DNA from: the human T2T-CHM13v2.0 reference genome, Homo sapiens
NCBI RefSeq assembly: GCF_009914755.1
Contig: NC_060932.1
DNA: 64,000 nucleotides
Strand: one strand, 5' to 3'
A program made the position numbers and the translations under genes. Position 1 is the stretch's first letter, and each line of letters begins with the position of its first letter. The notes under the pieces are model-generated. The model did not search any database and was not told the origin of the DNA. It worked only from the letters and a program-made list of their open reading frames with translations. Positions 1-39,420 of this stretch are shown piece by piece.

Positions 1-637
1 ACAAAAGAAATTTCCTCATCAGTTTGGCATTAGAATTCACTTGTTACAAAACCGGACGGGAGTTGGTATGAGACCATTTGTAGTTTTTTTAAAATCCTAC
101 TTAGTATGACCATTTATAATATTCATAAGTTTTGCTACAGGAACGTTGAGTTTGATGTGCCACAAAGCCCATCAAGGGTTTTATATGATATGGTAGAAGC
201 ATCATACTGCCTTCCTCCAATTTGAACAGTTCTGAATTCCAAGACACACCTGGCCACAATGGCCTCCCACACAGGACTGTGTACTTATCCTACAGTTTAC
301 TATAGTCAAGAACAAGCGAAAGACTAAGAGTCAAGAGGTCAGAGAGTTGAGAAGGGCAGGACTTTGAGGTTTAAGGCAGAAAAACATTAAGAGTTGAGAA
401 TTCAGATTGTAAGATTTGACACCAACAAGCAGAATATACCTAAGGGAGACTGATGCTAGGGCGAAGACATTGGCCTTCTGCCTCATTAAACATTCTTCCT
501 TGGGAAAAAGTAATGTCGGGATGTAGACCTCTACAGTCAGAAACGGTGGCTAAGTGAAGAAGTCAGAGAGCTGCTATATTGGGCAAATCAGTAGTCATAT
601 TTTAAGAGAGCTGCCTTCCTTCTTCCCTTGGGAATAG

Positions 638-21071
<20,434 letters not shown>

Positions 21072-22570
21072 CACCTCCTTGGACTCTACCTGTACAGAGC
21101 AGCGTCCCTTTGGTTTGGCCCAGAGGGGCGAACAATTGCAAGGGAGAGGGCCTGGCTGATCCTGGCTCTTTTCTCCAGGGGTGTGGGGAAAATGGCAAAG
21201 GTCAACTAGCTGCTTCCCCAGGGAATAGGGGTGTGAGTACACTCACTAGGGGGCAGGGCGCTGCTGGTTCCTGGGGGACTGGGTGGGAAGGGTGGTGGGA
21301 GGAGATAAGAGATACAAACTGAGACTCCAGCCTCTCCTCCTGGGGCCACCCAAGTGGGGAGAACCCCTAGTGTCCTGCCACAACCTGCCTTGTATAAACA
21401 TGTACATTTTTTCATAACATTTTGAACAAGGTTTATATTGACTCAAGTTTAAAAACAAAAAGTGTGACTGAAAAATTTTTACAGAGTCTAGTGCACCAAT
21501 GCTGATGTGAGGGGTTGTGTATGCGAGTGAAGAAAATGTGTATTCTGGTGGCCTGAAGCTTTACTGGACAAGGATGTGTGAGAGTGCAGAGATATATTTA
21601 GTGACACAGTAGAGAGGCAAAAAAAAAGCTAAAATTCCAAATGTATATTTTTTCGTATTGCCCTGTCCTCACCCAGAAATGATCAATTCCTGTTACTGTA
21701 TTAACCCTTGTTATTAGGAACTCTAAGCCATGCCAGAACACCGTCCCTCCCCTTGGACCGTATAGATTCTGCCCTGGGTCCCTAGCCCCTTGCAGTGATA
21801 AATAACTCCAGCTAAAAGTGTTTGGTGTTCTTATCTCCACCCTCTTTCCTACTTTGCTTACCCTCATCCTCAGACAGATGCCTCTTGCTTTTAAAAGTTG
21901 GATTTAACGACGTGTTGTAGGGTTCTTGGTCTGTGTGAAGGCAGAGACCAGAGAGAAGGAAGTGAGCCCACTGCTCTCCTGGGAGCAATGTGGGTGAGTC
22001 CACCAGAGGCCCTGCTGTGTGTGGCCAATAAATTTTAGTCTTCCCCAGCCCTCGAGGCAGTGTGTGTGGATGTATGCGTGTGGATATTTATATATGTACC
22101 CTGCACTCATGAATGTATGAACTGGAGGAAGTTACTACAGTGGAAGGGTTCTTAATAACAAGGTCTACCTAGCATGAAGTATTTAACATTCTCCCATCCC
22201 TTAAAAAATATACATTTTTATAAAATGAAAACCATAATAAATGTTTTGAATATTAAAAAAAATAATAACCTACAGAGGAAAATTAATGGAGACAGCTATT
22301 TGCCTTGTACTTTTTCCACAATTGTTGCTGCTAGTTGTACACATCTCTAGTTCAGCTCTTGCCCACGGGACACTCATCAATTAGGTTTTATTTTTATTTC
22401 TTTCCTCTACCCCCAGAAACAAGCCTGTTAATTTTTTTTCCTTCTCCTCTGGCGACTGTGTGATGAATCCTTTCTTGCGTGATCAGGTTGCGGATAGACT
22501 TGTAAGGGTGTTTGCTGCATACAGTGTAAGCATTGTGACCGCCAATAAACTTCAATGGTTTCTACTGACC
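21072..22570 (+). other. XPO7: XPO7 3'UTR with tandem AATAAA signals
   Basis: Repeat-free sequence after the stop; AATAAA at 22027, 22236 and 22544; 3' end inferred ~20 nt after the last one. Confidence 0.75.
22544..22549 (+). terminator. Likely distal poly(A) signal of XPO7
   Basis: AATAAA; a GT-rich stretch (agtgtgcgt) lies ~40 nt downstream. Confidence 0.65.
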
Positions 22571-23605
22571 TGGCTTCAGCAATCATGTCCAGTGTGCGTC
22601 CAAGGACATGTCTCACTCAAAACACATGAAGCTGTGTGAAACATTCTTTAAAAGCCCGTGAATGACAGGGGCCCCTTCACCTGATCAAATTGACTTGTTT
22701 CTCATTGCACAGAGTCTGACTCAGTTTCTTTCAAAAGTATAATATGATTGATATATCTCTGTCAACAAAACCAGTCACATGCTATTGTCCATAGCTATAA
22801 AGCACAAGCCATTCTACCTCTCTGTTAGCTTTCAGATAATAACATGGCTACTGGCAGACAAGTAGCAATTGAAGAAAGCCCAGTGTTTTAATGTTCTGAC
22901 ATCAGCTTCTCTGATGTGGGCTGAGTTTCATTCATTAGACTATGACAAGTTCAGGGGCAAATGTTATCCCCCTGGAATACGTTGCAGACCTCACAGGCCA
23001 GATTTATCAAACGAGGAACACTTGTTAACAGAGACTACTTCTAAGGCCTGCACTGTGTATTCAGAGTACCTGAGTATGAGGAAATTTGATTGCCAGAAAC
23101 ACAGAAAAGTATTAAGATACAGACAGGTATGTGTACCTTAATGCAGATTTCCATCCCATGACTCTTGGGTGCCAGGGTGCCATTCTTGTCTGCATTATGT
23201 AGATGTACCACTACCTTTGCAGTTTCAGCCTTCTGGGAACTGCTATAGCTGCCTCAGTCCTAACTTATTTCAAAGGCAAAAAAAATTCTGATGGCTACAA
23301 GGCAAATGGAGTTGATTAATCTTAGCTAAATTCCATCTCTAAGCCTAACATATTAAATGGTGAGTTTTCATTAATATGCATATACTTCTGACACATGCCC
23401 CAGAGACCTGGAATTCTGATTCTATAGTTAGGTGACACAAAAATAACTTTCTCATGGATACTTAAAGAGAAGTCCCCTTTCCCCCAACTGCTTTGAGATG
23501 CTGATTAATCAGCAAAACCCCAGACCTCTCCCTTCCCTGGGCAAGAAACTCACCAAAGATGGTGGTCTCCTCATTACAGCCCTGAGTGTAGTCCAATCAC
23601 AAGGA

Positions 23606-23732
23606 GCCATGATTAAAATCTTCCACAGCTTCATCAGACTTAAACAGTGAAGCTGTTCCCTCCTCTGCCATGGTTAAAATCTTCCACAACTTCATCAGAC
23701 TTTTTAAACAGTGAAGCTGTTCCCTCCTTTGC
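23606..23732 (+). repeat. ~61-bp tandem duplication with internal hairpin
   Basis: Two near-identical units; acagcttca...tgaagctgt stem. Confidence 0.9.
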
Positions 23733-26139
23733 TGACAATTCAAAGAGGGGGCACCAAATCACCTTTTGGTCAAAAATGGTCAGTTAGCAATTTCATATGA
23801 TTCAACCTAGTAAATGTAATAGTTGGTTATCTTTAGATTTTGGTTTCCCCAGAAATCATGAGATTTTATTCAGTCAAAACAAAAGTGTATTTGGGAATTT
23901 CTAGGCTTATTCCCCAGGCACTGTGTTCATCAAGTCAAGTGTCTTTAGATAGTGTTTCCTGACACAAACTGTGCCTTACATTGAAAACGTTCTTTACTAC
24001 AGATTATTAAATTGTGTTTGTATGTGTTTTGTTGGCTCAGCCCAAGTAAGGGTTATCTATTCCCACTAATGTGTAAATCAGACAAAGGAAGAAGGGATTT
24101 GGCCCAAGATTGCAATTTTAAGTTTTTAAATTTTAAGAAGTAATGACTTTGGGCAGAAGTGTCCATTTTCTAATGACAAGTGACAACATAAGAAATAAGT
24201 TTTTCATTCTCTAAAACATTGGCTTTATTAAGGGACTTTTTCCCCTCCCCCCAACTCCCCACTGGAAAAAATGTTTTAGTACCTTTTGAAATTTCAACTA
24301 AGTACATCAACAGACCACTTTCCAAAATATCCATGCTTGTGGGGTAACATGAATTAAATCTAGAAAGCCAGAAAAACTCCCTATATCATATTTGCCACCA
24401 GCCAACCCTGTCCAGGCCAACCCTAGCCCAAGATTTCTGGCTAGACCTACAAGCCTAAATTGACATATAATGCTGCCAAAACTCTCGAATGCCAAAGGAA
24501 ATATAGTTATAGGGACCCTGTAAAAGCCACAAGTTTGTTGATTAGGCCTTGAAAACTGTAAGTGATTATAACTACTTAAAAGTCCTGGTGGTTCTTTAAA
24601 TATTTTTTAAGTATTTGAAAGGATGAAAATGTGTTCATCAGCCATAATTAGATACTAGGTCATGTGTAAAAAGATTCTTGCCTCTGTAGCTTGTCCTCTG
24701 GGTCCATTACATTTATCTTGGGTGTCTTCACCCTGAACTCACTGGTCGCCTGCCACTTGGGTGCTTTTCAGGAAGAGCAGATCAACTAAAGGAATCAGCT
24801 GCCAGACAATGGGACGTGAGACTGTCAAGGTAGAGGATGACATCAAGTTTGGAAAATCATTCCCCTTCCTCAGAAAAGCCTTCTGGTTCTCAGGACAGCC
24901 TGACTGCTACCCTTTGTCATCTGTTCATCAAATACTTATTCAGCATCTATTATGGGCCAGGTATCTTTTTGATGGTCAGGAATGGAAAAGGAAACTCAAA
25001 AGCAGAAAAAGTCACTTGCAAGGCAAATTTGCCTCCATTCTTCTGTTTCATGATCACTCAGTAATACAAACTGACTCTAAAACATAGTAAACAGTACTTA
25101 CAAAAGCACCATGCACAATTATTTTAATTCTACTTGATAGCCATGAAGACAACTCAGCGCACTTAAGCATACGGCAGCATGCATATGGCCTAAAAGAATG
25201 GCAAGTGGGGAATCTCCTTACCCTTGCTATTGAATCACAGAGTTAGCAAGTCAGAGCCTCTGGATTCGAGGTCTGGAAGACAGACTCACAGGATACAAAC
25301 TAATGGACAGTGGATAAAAACTTATGTAAAGCTCAGAAGGGCCAATAAAGAGTCTAACAGTCACTCCCTACAGCTAGTGAAAGAGTGGGAGAATGTAAGA
25401 GCCGTGGTCTCAGTCAGAAAACCCAAACCTCTCCCCAGCTGACTATACTGTGTAATGAAGGTAAAGCATCCTCTCAAGGCCAAATTAATTCAACTGGAAA
25501 ATGGTTGAGAGTGCCAGTTTAAGATGATGGAAACAAAACGACTTTTAAGTTTAGAAGAATGCAAGCCGTTATTTCATTAGGAAACTAGGTATCTACCCTT
25601 TTAACACTTTGCAGTCCAGGGCATGTGTCACAAGTTAAAAACTTTATCAGCCAAGCTACGAATGCTGCACCAGAATTCATACATTCAACTATGTGGATGC
25701 AACTGCCATCTCTGCCTCCACATCCTACCCCCGGCCTTTGCTGGTCTGCAGAACCCTCTCTTCTCAGTCTAAATTTACATGCCCTTTGCTCGCCTACGCT
25801 TTTCTAGACCCCAAATCGGACCTAATCCTTCTCAAGTCTCCCCTTACTGTGCCCATTCCTAAGAGCCTTAGGGCCCACCTACTCTTCTGTTTGGAGTGTT
25901 CCTAACCCCAACCCCTGCCTGTCCCAGTAGCCAAAGTGTGCTTCTTACGAGCTGGGCCCAGACCATGGTGTCATGACCAGCGACAAGGATGTGCAGTTTC
26001 TGGGGAGTGTACAGTAAGGGGAGCGGTGGAATTAATTTGGGTGAAGCCCCTGCAGAGAGACGCCAGACTGGTTTATGCAGGTTAACCCTCACATCGCTGC
26101 CATAGCTCGCTACGACAATGAAAAGAGCAAAAGCTATTG

Positions 26140-27336
<1,197 letters not shown>

Positions 27337-27517
27337 AAATAGTGGTAGAGGGAACACTTCCCGGCTCACTTTGAAATAAGCTGTTTCCAAACACCAAAAC
27401 CACAGACATTAAAGAGAAAAACAAAACCTTTTTAGACCACTATCCTTCATGAACATAGATGCAAAACTCCTTAACAAAATAGAAACAAGTCAAATCCAAC
27501 AGTACATTAAAAAAAGT

Positions 27518-27810
<293 letters not shown>

Positions 27811-29109
27811 CATTGGCGGGGAAGGGAAGGCATATAAAATGACCAATGGGATTGATCCTAGGAATGCAAGGTTGGTTTGACTTTTTTTTAATAAATGTAA
27901 TTAACCACATAAAGGATAAGTAATGGATCATCTCAATAGATAAAGATGTGACAAAACTTAATATCCATCCATGATTAGAAAAGAAAAACTCAGGAAACTA
28001 GGAATAGAAAGAAAACAATCCAGTAAAAGACATCTATGAAAAACCAACCATTAACAACATACTTAAAGGTGAAAGACTGATTCCCCTAAGATCATGAATA
28101 AGGCAAGGTTGCCTATTCTCACCACTTCTATTCAGCGTTGTGCCAGAGGTTCTAACCAGAGCAAAAAGGCACAAAAAAGAAATGAAAGGCACACAGATAA
28201 GAAAGGAAAAAGTAAAACTGTCTTTATTCACAGGTGTCATGATTTGAGGTGTAAAAAAGCTACTGTAACAAGGGAATTTAGCAAAATCACAGAAGGTCAA
28301 CATACAAACAATTTTATTTCTTTATACCAATGATAAACAATTACAAGGTGAAATTTTAAAATATGTACCTGAATCTTAGAATATTTTTTTTAAAAAATTA
28401 ATTGGCAAAATATATACCATTTGCTGTGGCATCCAAAAACATGAAATACATAAGAATAAATTTAACAAGATATGTGCCATATCTGTACACTAAAACCTAT
28501 AAACCATTGCTGAGGAAAATTAAAGATTTTAATTGGTGTAACATGTTTGTCGATTGGATGAATACAGTTTGTGATGTCAAGTCCCAATAAAAATCCCAAG
28601 AGGTTTTTTTGTAGCAACAAGTTGAATCTTACATTTATATGAAAATGCAAAGAATCTGGAATAACCAAAACATATTTGAAGTAGAAGAAGAATCCTAACT
28701 CATGCTACCTAATTTCAAGGTTTACTATAAAGATATAGTAATGAAGACAGTGTGGCATTGACACTAGGATAGGATAGACATACAGATCAGTGAAGCAGAA
28801 TAAAGTCCAAAAGCAGAATAACATATGAGCTTGATTTTCAACAAAGATCCCAAAGTAATTCAGTAGGAAAAGATTATCTCTTCCAAAAATAGTACTGGAG
28901 GAACTGGATATGCAGTTGAGGGGAAAAATAAACTCTGATCCTTATCTAACACCACACATAAAAGTTAACTTAAAATGTATGATAGATGTAAAAGGTAAAA
29001 TATTTCTAGAAGAGAACTTAAAACAAAAACAACTTTCATTACTTTGAGTTAAGCCAAGATGTCTTAAGACACCAAAAGCATGAGCCATAAAAGAAAAAAA
29101 AGAACTTCA

Positions 29110-29589
<480 letters not shown>

Positions 29590-29808
29590 TTAAAATGGAC
29601 AAAATAGTTGAACGTGCATTTTGTAAAATAAGATTTACAAATGACCAGTAATCACGTTGAAAAGAAACTCAAAATCACTTGTCATCAAGAAAATGCAAAT
29701 AAAAACTACAATGAAATGCCACTATACATCCACTAGAATGGCTAGAATTAAGAACACTGAATGCCAAGTGTAGGCAAAGATGTAGAATAATTAGAATTCT
29801 TATACATT

Positions 29809-30309
29809 GGCTGGGTGCGGTGGCTCACTCCTGTAATCCCAGCACTTTGGGAAGCTGAGGCGGGTGGATCACAAGGTCAAGAGATCGAGACCATCCTGGC
29901 CAACATGGTGAAACCCTGTCTGTACTAAAAATACAAAAATTAGGTCGGGCACAGTGGCTCACACCTGTAATCCCGGCACTTTGGGAGGCTGAGGCGGGTG
30001 CATCACGAGGTCAGGAGTTCAAGACCAGCCTGGACAAGATGGTGAAACCCGGTCTGTGCTAAAAATGCAAAAATTAGCTGGGCATAGTGGTGGGTGCCTG
30101 TAATCCCAGCTACTCAGGAGGCTGAGGCAGAGAAGTGCTTGAACCCGGGAGGCGGAAGTTGCAGTGAGGTGAGATTGCGCCACTGCATTCCAGCCTGGGC
30201 GACAGAGTGAGACTCCGTCTTGAAAAAAAAAAAGTACAAAAATTAGCTGGGCGTGGTGGCACACGCCTGTAGTCCCAGCTACTCGGGAGGTTGAGGCAGG
30301 AGAATCGCA
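29809..30309 (+). mobile_element. 3'-truncated AluS hosting a nested full AluS (~29943-30234)
   Basis: Inner TSD tacaaaaattag; outer TSD agaattcttatacatt at 29793-29808 / 30310-30325. Confidence 0.85.
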
Positions 30310-30353
30310 AGAATTCTTATACATTATATGTAGAAATGTAAAATGGTACAGCA

Positions 30354-30525
30354 TAGCCAGACATGGTGGCACATGCCTGTAGTTGCAGCTACACGGGAGG
30401 CTGAGGTGAGAGGATCACCTGAGCCTGGGGAGGTCAAGGCTACAGTGAACCATGATCATGCCACTGCACTCCAGCCTGGACAACAGAGTGAGAACCTGTC
30501 TCAAATATAAAAATAATAAATAAAA
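30354..30525 (+). mobile_element. Alu right monomer
   Basis: Single arm. Confidence 0.8.
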
Positions 30526-30723
30526 GGGTACAGCATGTCAAAGTAGTTTTGCAGTTTCATATAAAGCTTAACATATGCTTACCACATATCCAGCAATTCC
30601 ACTCCTAGATGTTTACCCAAGAAAAGTTAAAACATACATCCAAAGGCTTGCTCTCAAATATTCATAGCCGTTTTATTCACAATTGTTTAAAACTGGAAAG
30701 TTCCCAAATGTTCACCAACAGGT

Positions 30724-31080
30724 CTATCTGACAGGGACTTACTGCAAGGAATTGGCTCATGTGATTATGAGCACCAACCAGGAGAGTATGAAATCTGTAG
30801 GGCAGGCCATCAGGAAGAGCAGCTTGGAAGGGGGAGAGGAGCAAGGAGCTGAAGCTGCAGTCCCCAGGCAGGACTTCAGGAAAACCTCACTTCTGTTCCT
30901 GAAGTCTTTCAACTTATTGGGTGAGGCATACTCACATCATCAAGGGTAATTCCTTTAACTCAAAGTCAATGAATTGTAGATGTTAATCACATCTACAGAT
31001 TACCTTGATAGCAACACATAGACTAATATTTGCTTGAATAACTGGGTCAATAGCCTAGTCATGTTGACACATAACACTAA
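30724..31080. mobile_element. MLT2-family (ERVL) LTR
   Basis: aaggaattggctcatgtgattatg ... agcctagtcatgttgacacataacactaa. Confidence 0.7.
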
Positions 31081-31461
31081 CGGGCAGATGACTGGATAGA
31101 CCAATTGTGGGATACTCCTCAACCAAAACAAGAAACAAACTGCTGATACAAGCACCAGTATAAATAAATAAATCTCAAACACATTTTGCTTAGCAAAAAA
31201 AGGCCAACAAAAAGACCCTGTAGGATTCTACTTATATGAAGTTCTAGAACAGGCAATACTAATCTGTAATGTCAGAAAGCAGATTAGCATTTGCCTAATG
31301 CCAGTTAGGCATAGCAGGGGGCGGGGCAGGGGGCATTGACTGCAAAGGGAAACAAGGAAAGTAGGAAGGGACAATGGAAATTATATCTTGACTGGGGTGA
31401 TGCTACATGGGTGTATACATTTGTCACAACTCATCAAACTATACAGTTAAAATGAATGCAG

Positions 31462-31760
31462 TTTTTTGGGTTTTTTTAGACAGAGTCTCACTCTGTCGCT
31501 GGAGTGCAGTGGTGTGACCACAGCTCACTGCAGCCTCAAACTCCCAAGCTCAAGTGCTCCTCCCACCTCAGCTCCCAAGTAGCTAGGACTACAGGAGCGT
31601 GTCATACCACCTGGCTAATCTTTTTTTCCTAATTTTTTTTTTTTTTTTAACGGAGTCTCACTCTATCACCCAGGCTGGTCTTGACCTCCTGACCTCAAGC
31701 CATCATCCTGTCTTGGCCTCCCAAATTACTGGGAATACAGGCGTGCGCCACTGTGCCCGT
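31462..31760 (-). mobile_element. AluJ
   Basis: The only antisense Alu seen in this block. Confidence 0.85.
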
Positions 31761-31902
31761 TCAAGTGCAGTTTTTTGTATATAAATTATTTTTCAATAAA
31801 GTTAATTTAAAAAGAAAAAGCTAATTCCTGCACAGCAGAAGCCCAGCTCATGCCAAAGAGATAGAGCCAGTTCCTCTGGCACCATTTTAGAAAAGACCAC
31901 CC

Positions 31903-34445
<2,543 letters not shown>

Positions 34446-34825
34446 AAAATCAATGAACTTTATATATGGATGAGAAATTTCCTAGGTGGAATTGTAGGGT
34501 AAGAATACCAGGAGAGACAAAAACCATATAATCATCTCAATAAATGCAGAAAAAGCATTTGATAAAAGTCTACATCCCTTCATGATAAAAATTCTCAACA
34601 AGTTATGCATACACGTAATATGCCTTAACATAATAAAGGCCATATATGACAAACCCACAGAAGGCTAACATACTGAATGGGAGAAAGCTGAAAGCCTTTC
34701 CTGTAAGAACTGGAGCAAGACAAGGATGCCCACCTTCACCAGTCGTATTCAACACAGTTCTGTAAGTACTAGCCAGAACAACCAGGTAAGAGAGAAATAA
34801 AAGGCTTCTAAACTGGAAAAGAAGG

Positions 34826-35807
<982 letters not shown>

Positions 35808-36143
35808 TTATGTATAGAAAAGCCTAAACAATCCACTGAAAAAACTCCTAGAACTGATAAACAAATTCAGTGAAGTTGCAAGATACAAAAATCAACATAT
35901 GAAAATCAGTAGCATTTCTATACACCAATAATAAAATAGAAAAGAAATCAAGAAAGTGATCCCATTTACAAGAGCTACAAAAAATAAAGTCCCAAGGAAT
36001 AAAAGTTAGCCAAGGAAGTGAAGGACCTCTACAACAAAAACTACAAAACACTGATGAAGGAAATTGGAAAGGTCACAAAAAAGTGGAAAGACATCCCATG
36101 CTCATGGATTGGAAAAATTAATATTGTTAAAATGGCCATACTA

Positions 36144-36475
36144 CGGCTAGGCACGATGATTCGTGCCTATAATCCCAGCACTGTGGGAGGCCTAGGAGGG
36201 AGGATCACTTGAGCCTAGGAGTTCAAGACAAGCCTGAGCAACATAACGAGACACAACAAAAAAATTTTAAAAATTAGCCAGGCATGGTGGTACACACCTT
36301 GCAGTCCCAGCTACTCAGGAGGCTGAGGCAGGAGGATTGCTTGAGCCCAGGAGTTCAAGGTTACAGTGAGCTATGATTGTGCCTCTGCACTCCAGCCTGG
36401 GCAACAGAGCGAGACCCTGCCTGAAAAATAAATAAATAAATTTTTAAAATAAGAAATAAAAATAAAATTAAATTT
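36144..36475 (+). mobile_element. AluJ
   Basis: TSD ggccatactac. Confidence 0.85.
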
Positions 36476-36673
36476 AAAAGGCCATACTACCCAAAGCAAT
36501 CTACAGATTCAGCGCAATCCCTATCAAAATAGCAACGACACTCTTCACAGAAACAGAAAAAACAATCCTAAAATTTGTATAGAATCACAAAAGACTCCAA
36601 ATAGCCAAAGCAATACTAAGCAAAAAGAATAGAGCTGGAGGCATCACCCTACCTGAGTTCGAAATATACTACA

Positions 36674-36965
36674 GGGTGGGCAAGCACATGCCTGTAATCC
36701 CAACACTTTTGGAGGCCAACGTGGGTGGATCACTTGAGCAGAGGAGTTTGAGACCAGCCTGGACAACATGGAGAAACCCCATCTCTACCAAAAAAAAAAT
36801 AGTAGCCAGGCATTATGGCACACACCTATAGTCCCAGCTACTTCAGAGGCTGAGGTGGGAGAATCACTTGAGTCCAGGAGGTGGAGGCTGCAGTGAGCTG
36901 AAATTGCTACTGTACTCCAACCTGGGACATAGAGCAAGACCCTGCCCCAAATATAAATATAAATA
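36674..36965 (+). mobile_element. AluJ
   Basis: Diverged dimer. Confidence 0.8.
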
Positions 36966-37609
36966 TTATACACTACAAAGCTATAGTAACAAAACAGCAT
37001 GGTATTGGTATAAAAACAGACACAGACCAATGGAAAAAAATGGAGAACCCAGAAATAAATCTATGTACTTACCACAAACTGATTTTTTGACAAAGGCACC
37101 AAGAACATACACTGGGAAAAGGACATCTTCTTTAATAAATGGTGCTGGGAAAACTGGATATTGATAAGAAGAAGAAAAGTAGACCCCATCTGTCATCACA
37201 TACAAAAATCAATTCAAAATGGATTAAAGACTTAAACATAAGGCCTGAAACTATAAAACTACTAGAAGAAATCCTAGGGGAAATGCTTCAGGACATGGGT
37301 CTAGGCAAAGATTTTATGGCTAAGACTTCAAAAGCACAGGCAACAAAAACAAAAATAGACAAATAAGACTATATTAAACCAAAAACGTCTGCACCGCAAA
37401 GAAACAGTCAACAGAGTTAAGAGACAACCTGCAGAATGGGAGAAAATATTTGCAAATTATTCATCTAACAAGGGACTAATATCCAGAATATACAAGGAAT
37501 ACAAATGACTCAACAGCAAAAAACAAACATAATATTAAGTGGGCAAAGGACATGAATAGACATTTCTCAAAAGAAAACAAATGGCCAACAGGCATACGAA
37601 AAAATGCTC

Positions 37610-37906
<297 letters not shown>

Positions 37907-38569
37907 GCTCAACATCACTAATCATCAGAGAAATGCAAATCAAAACCACAATGAGATATCATCTCACCTCAGTTAGAATGGCTGTTATCAAAAAGACAAA
38001 TGCTGGCGAGGATGTGCAGAAAAGGGAACTCATACACTGTTGTTGGGAATTAAGTTAATACAGCCATTATGGAAAGTAGTATGGAGGTTTCTCAAAAAAC
38101 TAAAAATTGAACTATCACATGATTCAAACAGTTCCACTACTGGGATAAATAACCCTAGAAATCCTGATTCCTAGGGAATCGGTACCTGATTTCCTTTCCT
38201 TTGGATAAATAATCCAGGAGTGGGATTGCTGGATCATATGGTAGTCCTATTTTTAGTTTTTTGAGAAATCTCCTTACTTCTCTCCGTAATGGAAATCAGT
38301 ATCCAAATGAAAGGAGGGATATCTGCACGCCCTTGTTTACTGCAGCACTATTCCAAGAGCCAAGATATGGAATCAACCTAAGTGTCCATCAACAGGTGAA
38401 TGGAAAAAGAAAATGTGGTACCTATACACAATGGAATATATCCAGCCATAAAAAAAATATGGAAGCCCTGTCATTTGCAGCAATATGGGTGGAACTGGAG
38501 GTCATTATGTTATGTGAAACAAGCCAGACACAAAAAGACAAATTTCACATGTTCTCACTCATGTGAGAG

Positions 38570-38613
<44 letters not shown>

Positions 38614-38860
38614 GAATTAATGGGAGTAGAGAGTAGAATGATGGTTACTAGAGGCTGGGAAGTGGGGGTGGGGGGAGGATGAACAGAGGTTGATTAATGG
38701 GTACAAACATACTGTTTGATGGAAATAAGATAAGTTGAAATAAGAAATAAGTTGATAGTACAGTAGGGTGACTATAGTTAACAATAATTTATTGTATATT
38801 TCAAAATAGCTAGAAGAGAAGATTTGAAATGTTTCCAACACAAAGAAATGATAAATGTTT

Positions 38861-39188
<328 letters not shown>

Positions 39189-39294
39189 TTACCCTGATTT
39201 GCTCATTACACATTGTGTGCAAGTATAAAAATATCATATGTACCCCATAAATATGTACAATTAATATGTATCAGTTTAAAAAGTTAATGACGAT

Positions 39295-39420
39295 GGTACC
39301 AATATTATAGCCTCATTTAGCAGATGAGGAAACTGAGGCACTGAGCTATGAATTAACACACCTGAAATCACAGAGCACAGTCCAGACTTGAACCCAGACT
39401 GTCCAGTTCCAGTGTCCCAG
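39295..39420 (-). mobile_element. MIR
   Basis: catttagcagatgaggaaactgaggca. Confidence 0.7.

Noticed and set aside
38573-38610. ~38-nt poly(A) run as a separate retrocopy tail
   Set aside because: It sits at an A-rich position inside the L1MA 3'UTR with no TSD; simple expansion.
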